Source of the DNA: Asterias rubens
Taxonomy: Eukaryota
Direction of reading: 5' to 3'
Length of the DNA: 64,000 bases
Assembly: GCF_902459465.1 (NCBI RefSeq)
Contig: NC_047083.1
Coordinates: 9,920,001 to 9,984,000 of the forward strand
Within the stretch, counting starts at the first letter, position 1; each line of letters opens with the position of its first letter. The notes under the pieces are model-generated. The model did not search any database, had not been told where the DNA came from, and worked only from the letters and a program-made list of their open reading frames with translations. Below, one piece after another: positions 26,247-39,029 of the stretch. A program made the position numbers and the translations under genes.

Positions 26247-26711
26247 CTAAAAAAAAATTTCAAAACAAATTAATCAAATGAATAATATAAATAATTTTTA
26301 GTCAATTACAAATAATTTATTACCAATGGGAGGGACTCTTTGATTCAGCACTGAATATTGGGGATGCCAAATGTTATAATATGAACTAGCGAAATCAAGT
26401 CTTTCTGATTAAATGGTTGAGAACACTACGGTGCAAGTATTTTACAATATTTTGTTACAAATAAGCGGATCTGCTGCACTTTCCTTGCAAATCTTAGTTA
26501 TTTTTGTCTAGCAGTTTTAGCATAAAAATAAGTTTGATTTTTGTGACTTTTTTTTCCTATAATTTCTCAAAAACTACAACACCTCAGCGAGCATAAAATG
26601 ATGTACTGCACAAATTAAGTGGTATTGGTAATATATAAAATCTTAGGCCTGTTTTAAATAAGCTGGCAAAGTATTTTAGCAAAAATGAATCAGATTGTGA
26701 TCTGTACTCAC

Positions 26712-26850
26712 CTAAGCACCAAGTACTGTTGGAAAAGATGTCCAAGATACGTCTGCAATCCTGTCAGGATGTTCACTGAGTTTACAACAGTCTCTTATTT
26801 CCTGGTAGAATGCAGGATTCAGTCGCAACAAATACAGTCACAAAAACACC
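26712..26850 (-). other. Putative 5'UTR exon of TRIM B
   Basis: Donor AG|gtgagt at 26712; paralogous to 19179-19310. Confidence 0.55.
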
Positions 26851-28199
26851 TACGTAGCAAGTTTGTACTATGTACTGTGCAGGGTGTGTCCACAGTTGCT
26901 GGATCAATGTAAAACGTACAACGTACTGCAATACTGTATGTTGACAATGAACTTCAGTGTCAAAGGTCATGGAGCTAGCGATAATGCACGTCTGTTTGAT
27001 GTCTGGGCTGTTTTAACAATGAACTTGGCAGTGTACATGGTGTAAACAACTCCATGAGTGTACAACAACACATAGTGAACGTACAACGTACTGTAGTAGG
27101 CTACAGTGTGTTGACAATAAACTTTAGTGTCAAAGGTCATGGAGCTAGCGATACTACACGTCTGTTTGATGTCTGGGCTGTTTTAACAATGAACTTGGCA
27201 GTGTACATGGTGTAAACAACTCCATGAGTGTACAACAATACATAGAGAGATGAAGTTGTAAAGAGTGATAAAGAAATAAGGTTATTATTACTATTCATAG
27301 AGCTGCTAAGCACAAAAAATTGCTTAGCATGACATTTCTTGGTAAAAACAGGATTACCAACCAAATTTTCATTTGTTGCGTATTGCTTGATACTTATGTT
27401 CAGCTGTTGTTTGCTAAATCCTGAAAATCACGTGAAAATTTGGTTGGTAATCCTGTTTTTAACGAGGAACAAATTTCATGCTAAGCAAAATTTGGTGCTT
27501 ACAGGCTTACAGGCTTACATGAAATTGAGCCCTGTATGCTACGGGAAATGAAACAGTACACAGGTGCACTTTCGTATTCTATTTCAAGTCAGATTATAAA
27601 ACCATGACTTGTCTCAAATCATTTTGTGATGAAATCACAGCAACTAAAATAAAAATGTACAACCGAGTTATTCTTTGCCCAATTGGTGCTAAGCACAAGT
27701 TCATTTTATGCTAGAGTCCCATAGCAAATTGTGCTGAGCAGAATTTCACGTTAATTATAGAATCTAGAAGTATATAACCAACTTATTGACTCAGAATAAT
27801 CATTTAAAGAATACTGTCATGATCAAACATTGTGAATGTATGGAATTATGAACTTTAAAAAATGATTTGGGGTTGAAAAAAGGAAAATTGTCTAGAGTGG
27901 GACTCAAACCAACCACCTCCAGATTTATGCCGGTGCTCTACCGACTGATGGAGCTAGTCTATGTTGGCGGTCTTCCAATTTTATCAGTTTCTTTGTTCAG
28001 GGGTACCAAGTCATTCCAGCTTTTATAAATGGCCACAAGATTTATACAAAATGCACACATATCAAGTTTGTACAATTGGAAAATACCTCTTGATCAGAGC
28101 AGTTTTTACAAGACAAGGAAATTGAATAAGGAAGAGAGATGTGGAATAAATCTTCACATGACAAGAAATAACAATAGAGTAGGAATCATCTCCAGATTT

Positions 28200-28720
28200 A
28201 TTGACAATGTCTAAAGTTGGGAGTACAATAAGAGACAGTTACAGCATTCATCTAAAATAGTCTACATGAGCAATAATCAACTGCAATGTCAATCTTGGTT
28301 ATATATACAATGTCTAAAGTTGAGAGTATAATAAGAAACAGATATAGCATTCATCTAAACAAGTCTACATGAGCAATAATCAACTGCAATATCAATCTAG
28401 ATTTATTGACAATGTCTAAAGTTGGGAGTACAATAAAAGACAGATATAGCATTCATCTAAACAAGTCTGCATGAGCAATAATCAACTGCAATGTCAATCT
28501 TGATTTATTAACAATGTCTAAAGTTGAGAGTACAATAAAAGACAGATATAGCATTCATCTAAACAAGTCTACATGAGCAATAATCAACTGCAATATCAAT
28601 CTAGATTTATTGACAATGTCTAAAGTTGAGAGTACAATAAGAGACAGATATAGCATTCATCTAATTAAGTCTACATGAGCAATTAACTGCAATGTCAATC
28701 TTGGTTATATATACAGATCA
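28200..28720. repeat. 102-bp minisatellite, about 5 units (shorter arrays at about 13520-13700, 20690-20890, 44830-45500 and 63530-63800)
   Basis: The caatgtctaaagtt anchor occurs at 28205, 28308, 28410, 28512 and 28614. Confidence 0.9.
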
Positions 28721-29320
28721 AACTTACTCCAAAAACTACAATTCACCTACATTAAAGTCTGTGCAAATAATGATTTGAAATCATGGACAAAATAATTCTG
28801 TTGCAAGAGTCTCCTGAAACCCTCATAAACAACAACAAAAGTACAAAATTGAAAGTTGGGATTATAAAAACAGAGAAGTACCATTAAATAAACTGACATG
28901 AGCAATAATCAACTAAAATGTCAATCTTGGTTATATAGTCCTACAGATCAAACTTACTCCAAAAACCGCAATTCAACTACTTTACAGTCTAGTCAGTCTG
29001 TGCAAACAAGGATTTCTGTTGAAAGTGTCTCCCAGGTCCCTCCCATACAACAACAAAAAGAACAAAATTGAAAGTTGGGAACATAAAAACAGAGAAGTAC
29101 CATTAAATAAATTTACATGAGCCGGGCTCGATTCAGACACTAGCCCGGCGTGCAATCACTAGTCAAGAGTGCCAAGTCACCACCAAGGGCTAGTGAAAAT
29201 TTGTGCGGGCTGAGTCATAAGTACAGCTGACTAGCCCGACCGGCAATAATCAATTGAAAGGTCAATCTTGGTTGTATACAGATCAAACTTACTCTAAAAA
29301 CTAAAATTCACCTAATTTAA

Positions 29321-29702
29321 AAGAACACGTTGCCTTGGATCGGACGAGTTGGTCTATAAGAAGCGTTTGTAACCGTTTTTTATAAAATACATAATGGTTG
29401 GAAAGATGTTTTAAAAGTAGAATACAATGATCCACACAAGTTTGCCTAGAAATTGCGTGGTTTTCCTTTTACTGCGCGAACTAACACGGTCGGCCATTTA
29501 TGAAGTAAAAAATTTGACTCCCATAAATGGCCGACCGTGTTAGTCGACGAGGTAAAAGGAGCACCGTGCAGTTTAAAGGCATGTTGGTGTGGATCATTGT
29601 ATTCTACTTTTAAAACATCTTTCTACCCATATGCATTTTATAAAAAACAATTACAAACGCTTTTCAAAGACCAACTCGACCGATCCAAGGCAACGTGTTC
29701 CT
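29321..29702. mobile_element. 382-bp foldback MITE with TTAA target-site duplication (Kolobok-like)
   Basis: ttaa|aagaacacgttgccttggatcgg ... ccgatccaaggcaacgtgttcct|ttaa. Inverted symmetry runs through nearly the whole element. Confidence 0.9.
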
Positions 29703-31064
29703 TTAAAGTCTAGCCAGTCTGTGCAAACAATGATTTGAAATCATGAACAAAATGATTTCTGTTGCAAGAGTCTCCCGAATCACTCCCACACAACAACAAA
29801 AAGTACAAAAAGGAACGTTCAGGAGAAATGACCAATTAGGATGAAATCAAATGGCCACTTGTTTGTATTATTAACAGCTTTTATAAATGCAGGCCAGATA
29901 TTACTAGAAATGATTAATCATTAACGCATAATAGCGATGGATATAAATTATGATCTACTACATCTTCCAAATATACATTTGAGAAAGAACAATAACAAGA
30001 TGGCTGCCGAAAAAAACAAAATCACTAGTTATGAAGATAAGACCCAGATTTGAATGACCACATTAGATTTAAATAAAGGAACATTACAGAATTGGTTTTT
30101 GCTAACAAAACAGTTGCTGGCAGTGTAAGCACTTTATGTAATCCACCATACACATAAACTGACTAACCTGTAGAAGTTTGAGATCGATTGGCCATCTGGG
30201 TCACAAGAAAATAGTGAACAACCAATAACACATTCTGCATAACAATGTGACAACGATGCAAAACAAAAAATGAATAAACCTCCAAAAGGGAAATTGGTTT
30301 TATTTATTTCTCATCAAATGACATTTCAGACATAAATACTTCAAGTGATGTGTTTCACTAATCATCATTAGACCGTGTAAGTTTTATGTAAATCTGTGAT
30401 CTTAGACAAGTTTTTTTTCTCTTACCAATTCAGTAATGTTCCTATAAATGTAAAGATAACAATAAAATAAACAATTCACATTCTTTGGATGTTATGGCAG
30501 TTTCATTCATTGTTTACAACTTTTTCCAACAATAAATGGGAATTTATTTACGAAGCAAATATGGCGAATATACAATAGTTAGCTTTATTACATTTTGATG
30601 AGTAATAATTATTTTCAAAGCAACTCGTTGCATGCAATGTTGAACTTCATAGAATGCTTCTCTTATCAAAAGGAAAAGGTTGCAATACAAATGAACAACA
30701 ACATAATATAACAATCAACCCTTTGCATGCTACTATTTCTTGCAAAAACTATTTACTGACCAAAGGAATGTTTTTACAAAACCACTTATAATAGACAAGC
30801 CTGTATCAAGATATTTTTTTCCCAAAACAACATTTTACTGCAAAATGCAAAACAAATCAACAATTACAGTTGATTAGCAACCATGTATTACAAAATTGAT
30901 CCACTCAATGTCATAATATTGAGAATTGAAAATTAATGGTTATAATATAAGAACTTTTTAGTGAACAATTTGCATATTTTGGGGATTTAATTTGATTGAC
31001 ATATTTTAGTGGTCAGTCCAATCCATGAGACAGTATTTGACCAATATCATCATTATAGATAAGA

Positions 31065-33671
31065 TTACACCTTGTTATAAATCTTCACTGATTTGCAATC
31101 TGCCACTGCAAGCTGCTGACCATCTGATGTCAATGAGATTCCATATGGGTTAAACAGACCCTGAGCAATACAGCTGAGAAATCTCCCCTGAGTGTCATAC
31201 TGATGAATATGACCAGTGGTAAACCCATTGCACACTGCAATGTAGATAGCTGAGCTGTCACAGCATACACCTCTGCAGGATTGATAATGTTGACTATTGA
31301 TCTTTGGATTGATGCTGAATAATAAAGTACCAGTGAGTTCAACAATGTCTTCTTGTTTCCCCTCACCACTGACTACAACTCTGTCCTTGTTGTCAATGGC
31401 CAAGTAGCAAGGTATAGTCTTAACTGAAACAGTGTCAATGAGTGAACCATCACTGGATCTGTGTTTAGTTATAACTGACCTCCCCATATCCCCCACAATG
31501 ATTGATGTATCCTTCATGATTGCTACACTGCAGAGGTCTACTGATGTCTTGCCCACTTCACTATGAGGCACTGTGTGGAATTCAAACATCTTGGTGCCAT
31601 TCCTATTGTACATCTTGCCAGAGTCCGTCCTATCTACAATCACTAACTGATTCTGGAATGCAGCAACAGCCCGAGGGACTGGAAAACAAAAGAACAAATG
31701 GATAGGACCCAATATAATGAATGATGATTCATTTGTAAACCACAATGTACTTTACATTATTTTGATTTTTGTACAAATACAAAGATTTTTTTTGGTTAAA
31801 TGTTTCCTGTGTTGTAAAAGCTCTTTGAAAGTTGCTTCCAATTCAACTGTATACAGTCTGACAGTATAACAATGACAACAATTTCTACTGATTGAAATTG
31901 TACTGAATTCACTCTTTTTAACTTTTTACCTTTTTTCCAAGATTTTACCTAAATTGCATTTCTTATTGATATTTATTTTAATCATTTTGTATAAACTTCC
32001 TTTGTTGGTGTTGGATAGAGGAATGTCAATTATTGAGAATGACAGCAGCAGAGTGGATTTAGTGATCATGCAGCGGATGAATGTAGTCCTAGTCTACAAG
32101 GTACAGTAAAATAGCAAGAACCATTCAATTTCATGACATACAGTTTGACTACCTTCCATGGAAACCTTGTATTGATCACAACCAATGCTGTGATGTTAAA
32201 ACATTTTAATGGTTGACTTGAGTTGAGATCTGCAAACAATGTTTGGTAAATATTCTCAGATTTGTTTGTGGTATTGGATTGGAATAAATCCTTATTTTAA
32301 TGGAATACTCTTTGACTGTCAACCTGAAAACTAATTATTCAAGAGTACGTTTTGCGAAGTTTTATCTGAGATTTACAACAATATACCTCTGGTTAAAAGA
32401 TTTGTAAGGAACTTACAGTGTGATATTGGGATAGATTTCTAATCGAGTCTACTTGTGTCGTAGATGCAGTCTGCCACTGCCATCTCATCCCCAGGTACAG
32501 AGGCATCAATGTCATAAGCCCACTTGATTCCTTCATCATACTCCAAACCAAGCTCCCACTTTCGCTCCTTCGTACTCAGGTTACCCAGGGAGATGTCACA
32601 AACTCCTGGGGTGAATCCCAGATCGTCCAGGGTCAAATCTATCTTGGGTTGATTTTGATCTCCAAGTAATTTCAAGTCCTTACTGATTGTTGGATAGCTT
32701 GCAAGGAAGTCAGGCACTGATGAATTCTTGCTGATGTCTTTGGCAGTCTGCAGTGAATGATTTATTTGCTGTGAGTTTAGACGCACTGTTTGCTCAAAAT
32801 CCTCCAATTTCTTGTTCCGATCTTTAAGGATAGTTTTTATTTCATCCATGATGCGACTCTCTTGAGCCGTTACCTCAGCCCTGATCTCATCCGCTCTGTT
32901 CTTCACCTCTGCCATGGTTCTCTTAGCTGCGATGTTGAGGTTGTCTTTCATTGTTGAGGCAGTTGCTTGAGATTGATCAAGCTTCTTCATGGTTTCTTCA
33001 AGGGGAGTAAAGAGTTGAGCCAATGACTGTTTGTATGTGGATGAGGCTTGGTTGCAGTCAATATACTCATGTTGTGGTTTACAGTGATCTATGACAGTGC
33101 AATCTCTACAAATCATCACACCACATGTTGTACAGTAGAACCTCATCACTTCACCTTCATGAGTTTGGCATTCTGGATGACGCTTTGGTTTTGTCTTTTT
33201 CATTGCAATCTTTCCATCACTAATATCTTTCAAAGTCGCTACTGTATGGCTTGCTGATGCTGGAATTTGATTGTGTATTTCATTGCAGTTTGCACAGATG
33301 ATCATGAGGCAGTCACAACAGAAATACGTTGCTTCATTTTTCTCCTTGCATAATTTACAGACCAACTTGCTGTTTGCAGATAAGCTGACCTGCTCCAGTT
33401 GACCTGCAAGACCAGTTAAAATGAAGTTACTCTTGAAATCTTCAACACCCGTCTCAGGAAGTTGTGTCTCCTTTCGACACAAAGGACAAATAAGCATCTT
33501 TGCATCTTTGTAGTTGGTAGTGTGATATTCAAGTAAGCAGTGTTTACAGAAGCTGTGAAGACAGTCTAGTAGTTTGGGTTCTGTGTACTCCTCTTGACAA
33601 ATACTGCACTCCAGATAATCCTTTCGGATTTTCTCCAGAGCTGAACCTTGTGATGGTTTAGAAAATGCCAT
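31065..33671 (-). pseudogene. TRIM-NHL copy C with in-frame premature TAG (410-aa truncated product, or pseudogene)
   Basis: Exon 33671-32417 and exon 31678-31065. TAG at 32439-32441 replaces the AAG of copy B, and an 18-nt in-frame deletion lies just upstream. The frame downstream and all of exon 2 remain open. Confidence 0.8.
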
Positions 33672-33787
33672 TTTGATCTGAATAAAAAAAAAGCACAATT
33701 AACAAACTAATTAATCAAATATTATAAATCGCAAGGGAATCTGACTAGGTAAATTTTAAATCATATGGGGTTGAACTAAGAAAATTG

Positions 33788-33954
33788 GACTAGAGTCAGA
33801 CTCGAACCAGCGATCTCCGGAGTAACGTGTCGGCGCTCTACCTACTGAGCTATCTAGCCAACATAGAGTGACAAACAACACATGGCTTATAGCTCAGTTG
33901 GTAGAGCGCCAGCACATATTATCTGGAGGCAGTTGGTTCAAGTCACACTCTAGT
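33788..33954. mobile_element. Back-to-back tRNA-like pair (TRIM C)
   Basis: Heads at 33788-33859 (-) and 33884-33954 (+). Confidence 0.8.
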
Positions 33955-34592
33955 AAATATTTCTTTGTTCAACCTCAAATAAAAAGACTTAACATTCAGT
34001 CTGCACAAACAGCTGATTGCTATTCTACATCAAAATGAACCATGCATCATACATTAGATGGGAATGTAATGAAGCATTAACATTCTAAGTAAGACTGAAG
34101 ATTTCTTTGATGTAGCATTTTGCAATCAGCATTTAAGCAACCATAAGCATACATTTAGTCAGCTAACAAAAATAATTTAATACTAATTGGATTTGGAACT
34201 CTTTGGTTCAGCACTGAATATTGGGGATGCCAAATATAATAATATGAACTATGGAAATCAAGTCTTTCTGATTAAATGGTTGAGAACACTACGGTGCAAG
34301 TATTTTACAATATTTTGTTACAAATAAGTGGATCTGCTGCACTTTTCTTGAAAATAGCTATTTTTGTCTAGCAGTTTAAGCATAAAAATAATTTATGTCT
34401 CACTGAGATTATTTTTGTGACTTTGTTTTACTATAAGTATAATTTCTCAAAAACTACACATCCTCAGCAAGCATAAAATTTTGTAAAAAAACTGCACAAA
34501 TTAAGTGGTATTGCTATACAATCTTATGCCTGTTTTAAATAAGCTGGCAAAGTATTTTAGCAAAAATGAATCAGATTGTGATCTGAACTCAC

Positions 34593-34730
34593 CTAAGCAC
34601 TTAGTATTGTTCAAAAAGATGTCCAAGATACGTCTGCAATCCTGTCAGAATGTTCACTGAGTTAACAGCAGTCTCTTATTTCCTGGTAGAACGCAGGATT
34701 ATGTCGCAACAAATACAGTCCCAAAAACAC
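34593..34730 (-). other. Putative 5'UTR exon of TRIM C
   Basis: Donor AG|gtgagt at 34593; paralogous segment. Confidence 0.55.
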
Positions 34731-35074
34731 CTACGTAGCAAGTTTGTATTATATTATGTACTTTGCAGGGTGTGTCCACAGTTGCTGGATCAATACATAT
34801 ACATGTACAGTGTACAACTTTGGTACTGCAGTACTGTACATTGTGTATGTTGACACTGAACTTCAGTGTCAAAGGTCATGGAGCTAGCGATACTGCACCT
34901 CTGTGTGTTGTCTGAGCTGTTATCAATGAACTTGGCAGTGTATTGTACATGGTGTACTGTAAACAACTCCATGGGTGCACAATACGATACATACATAGAG
35001 TGATGAAGTTGTAAAGAGCGATACAGAAATAGGTTATTATATATATTACTACCGTCTACAGTATGAAAGGTCTG

Positions 35075-35290
35075 GACCCAATTTCATAGAGCTGCTAAGC
35101 ACAATTAAATTTCTTCTCTGGTAAAAACAGGATTATCAACCAAATTTTCATTTGTTGCATTGCTTGATACTTAGCTGTTTGCTAAATCCTGAAAATCTTG
35201 TGGAAATTTGGTTTGTAATCCTGTTTTTAACAAGGAAGAAATTCCATGCTAAGCAAATGTTTGTGCTTACAGGCTTTATGAAATAGGGCC
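35075..35290. mobile_element. MITE with 3-bp CTG TSD (PIF/Harbinger-like); copy at about 51362-51577, relatives at about 6373-6570, 19785-20011 and 27295-27532
   Basis: ctg|gacccaatttcatagagctgctaagcaca ... tgtgcttacaggctttatgaaatagggcc|ctg. Confidence 0.7.
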
Positions 35291-38200
35291 CTGTATGCTA
35301 CAGGAAATATAACTATACACAGGTGCACTTTAGTATTTTATTTCAAGTCAGATTATTAAAAACCATGACTTGTCTCAAATCATTTTGTGATGAAATCACA
35401 GCAACTAAAATAAAAATGTACACCAGAGTTCTTCTTTCGCGATAAACGGAAATCAAAGTTGGGGACCGAAAACATATGAGGGTCGATAACGTATGATGCT
35501 ACGATACGATGTCAATACGATACTATCGTCGTTAGTTAGACTACTCGTAAATTCTTCAACCTCGATTTAGTTTATTATTAATTCAATTAAATTGTAAGTT
35601 ACAAAAATACACAAAATACCATTCACTCATGAAAAACTCAGGGTCCAAATTTCAGACTTACAAAATGGTCCATGTGATGCCAAAAAGCTTGTAAAACTAA
35701 AAAAAAAGGTTTTTGACAGCACCAAATTTGCGCAAGTCTTTAACTTTGCGTGGAACATCTGGTGCGCAGGCTCACACCTGCGTGCACAATTTCAAGCGAG
35801 CCATCAAGTTTGCGCGCTCAGCGGAGGTTGAAGTTTGCGCGAGATCGAAGTTTGCGCCCTGTGTGTGCTGATTTATTGTGTCGTTTTGACCGTCACCCTA
35901 CGTACACAATCAAATACGAGTAGTACCTGTACCCTCAAAGGGGATATACAGATATTTTCTGCATATACACATGAGCACCATACTACTCGGAAACGAGTTT
36001 GCTAATCAAATTCACGTCTTAAAGGAGATTTTAATTTTTGATTAAAATTCACATTTGAAGAAAGATTACTAATAATTGAGGAATTTTGTCATAGTAAATT
36101 AATTTTTTTAAATTAGTATTATTAATTGGAATAAAAGAGGAAATAAATTGTAACTTTTTGATGTCTGCAGATTTTGGTTTGTGTTTCTCCCGACTGCTGA
36201 GAATGTAGTTTGGGAGAGTCACATGCATGTGTTAATTTCCAAGATGGCGGCCTCCATGATCAAGTTTCAACACAACTCCACATGGCAAAGAAATCCGCAT
36301 GGCAGTGTTGCTCGTTTCTCAGTCTGATCAGTCTTTACCGCTACATTAATATCTAAATAGGACAGAAGTTCAAAAAATTTCTACCAAAATGAGCGCTCTT
36401 GAGGTTTTTGACAGTTTCGAAAATGTGGCGAAAGCGGCTGAAAAAGAAGAAAACAGCTGGTGCAGTTTGGTGAAAACGCGAAGACACAGTGCCAGTTATG
36501 ACTCGTTAGAATAATGGCATTGTGGAAATATTATGGGGAAATCTAACCACAACAAATTAGAAGAACATCAATCATTCCTATTCAATCAGAATGTTATGCA
36601 ATCGACAGACGGCCGGGCAAGAGACATGACTCTTGCTTGGCGTCGTTCATTCAACTTTCAAGATTCAACAAAACTTACTCAAAATGCCGGGTGGTCTGCC
36701 TGAAATTTACACCCATTCTCCGGCTGGCTGTTCTCTGTGATTTGATGTGAATTCCCATGGTGACACTTGCATTCGCAGACGACAGACAGCAAACAGAATA
36801 TTGATTTAAAAAGAAATGTTTCCATCACAACAATAAACGCTTTTTTTCGTTGCAGAAGTCAAAACAACAACTAGCAGTCTTAGTCCCCAATCGTGTTCCA
36901 TTAGTGCTTGTTTCTTCATACTAATATCTACGTAATAAAAATACTTTAGGTACCATACTAATTCTGTAACTTCTCAAAAGAGGGCGCTGCTTACATTTTG
37001 TCGCAATTTTTTGTCGACCCGCGTCAGAAATAATTACGCCCCCCCCCCCAGTTTAAGAATTTAAATACAAGAACTACATGTATTCATTATTGAGTTAAAA
37101 CGGCAAAAATCTATGAATTTATCGTCAACAGATGAGTTATTATTTTCCTGGGTCCAATGCTTCCTCCAATACTCAAAAATAATGGAAACAAGATAAAAAG
37201 CCTTAAAAAAGGGGGCGTGATTCACGGGGCCACCGTCGTTCATATAAAACCACCCCCTCTATGTTTATCGTTCCTTAAATTATTTTCCCCTTTTTGGGGG
37301 AGGGGGAAAGGCACTGGAAATTTTGTGGGAGGCGCCCCTCCCCTTCCCTGCCGGCTACGCGCCGCTGCCTGCTTGGGTGACTCCTATACAAGAGATAGGA
37401 CTAGGTGGTGATCGCAAATTTCGCTAACCCTAGTTTCGAAATGTGTGACCCGCTCCCTGCGCCCAATTTCATGAAACATGCTAAGCAAAATTCTGCCTGA
37501 CAAAAAAAAATACACAATATTTTGCTAAGCAAAATAAAAAAAGTTAATTGAGTGGTCACAACAATGTCAGTGGGCTGGTAGCCCGTTTCTGTAATGGCAA
37601 TTTTTTGTCTATGCTTATGTGAGTTTTTGTGCTTACAGGTTTTTATAAAATCCTTAGCCTTGGTGTCAGTGTCAACATGACCTAGGGGGCTGGGGGGGGG
37701 GGGGAGGGGGGACACACTGGTTGATGAGTTAGTCTAACTACTTTCAGACCCAGAAATCTCAACGTTCAAGGTTTTTGAAAGGGGGGGGGAGGGAGCACCA
37801 AAAGTCAGGATGGCTGCTTCCCTTTTAAGCATAAACTACAACCTGAAATCTTAAAAAAAAAAAAAAACATGTTTAGCAGAATAACAAAAATTGTAACAAA
37901 TCTTTGGACAGGATTTGCCAAATGTTTTGAAATATTGATAATTTTTGGACAACATTTGAAACTAATTTTGCTCGTTGAATATTTGGGAAAATACTGACAA
38001 CAGTTTTGTGTGAAGTTTTCCCCTCAACAAAATAAACTCTAGTAAAGAAAATCAAAGGAATTGACTCAAAAAAATTAATTATTCACTACTGACCATGGAA
38101 CAAATTATCTACATTTTAAAAACCTTTATTTTATTACAGACATTAAAATAATATTTAATTAACACAATTTAAAGGTAAATATTAAACTTGGCTTGCTGTC

Positions 38201-39029
38201 ATAAATGAACAATCTGTGTTTTTCCTCAAATTTAATGTTAAAAATAACAACAAATTATACACATGAGCCTTTTATACACATACTTGTCATGTGTGCATTT
38301 ATACCATAAATATTCTTTTGATTGGTAAACAGTTTGTAACAGCGAAGTCTATTTTCTTTTTCAAAAACTGCCATATTCTTGAGTCGGCCATTTTAAGTCT
38401 TACTCCCTGACTGACAGGGTTTTGGATACACACAATGCTCATGAGAGTAACCAGACTGTTTTTGTCTACTGAGGAATATCTAATAGATGTAATTGAATTG
38501 TCAAACAGGCTTAAAGGAACATTACAGAATTGTTTTTTGATAACAAAACAGTTGCTGGCAGTGTAAGAACTTTTTGTAATCCACCATATACATAAACTGA
38601 CAAGGGTTTAGAAGTTTGAGATCGATCAACCATCTGGATCAGAAGAATGATATTGTGCGCTTTCTGCATGGGGCTAGAAATAATTTCAGAGGGAAATATT
38701 TCACTGGGGAGGGGGCGTGGTTCCAGGTCAGGATATCACAAAGAGTTAAGACTAGTCTTATTTAGGACTAGCCTCAAGTTTTTAATATCTCCTAGGACTA
38801 CTCCTAAATTAGGACTAGTCTTAACTCTTTGTGAAATCAACCATAGGGGCCGATTTCACAAAGATCTAAGATTGATCTTAACTGCAAATCAATCATAGGT
38901 GCTTAGTAATGTGTGATGTCACAATACAAATCACCATGGTGATACTGACAACACATCTTACGATGAATCTTAGTGATTTGTGAAATCGGGCCCTGGAGCC
39001 GTAGACGTGATTTGTGGCAATCTTAACAA

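Noticed and set aside
18264-36679. Hypothesis that TRIM A and B lack promoters and share one upstream first exon
   Set aside because: Each copy has its own conserved AG|gtgagt donor exon 0.9-1.2 kb upstream of the coding exon.
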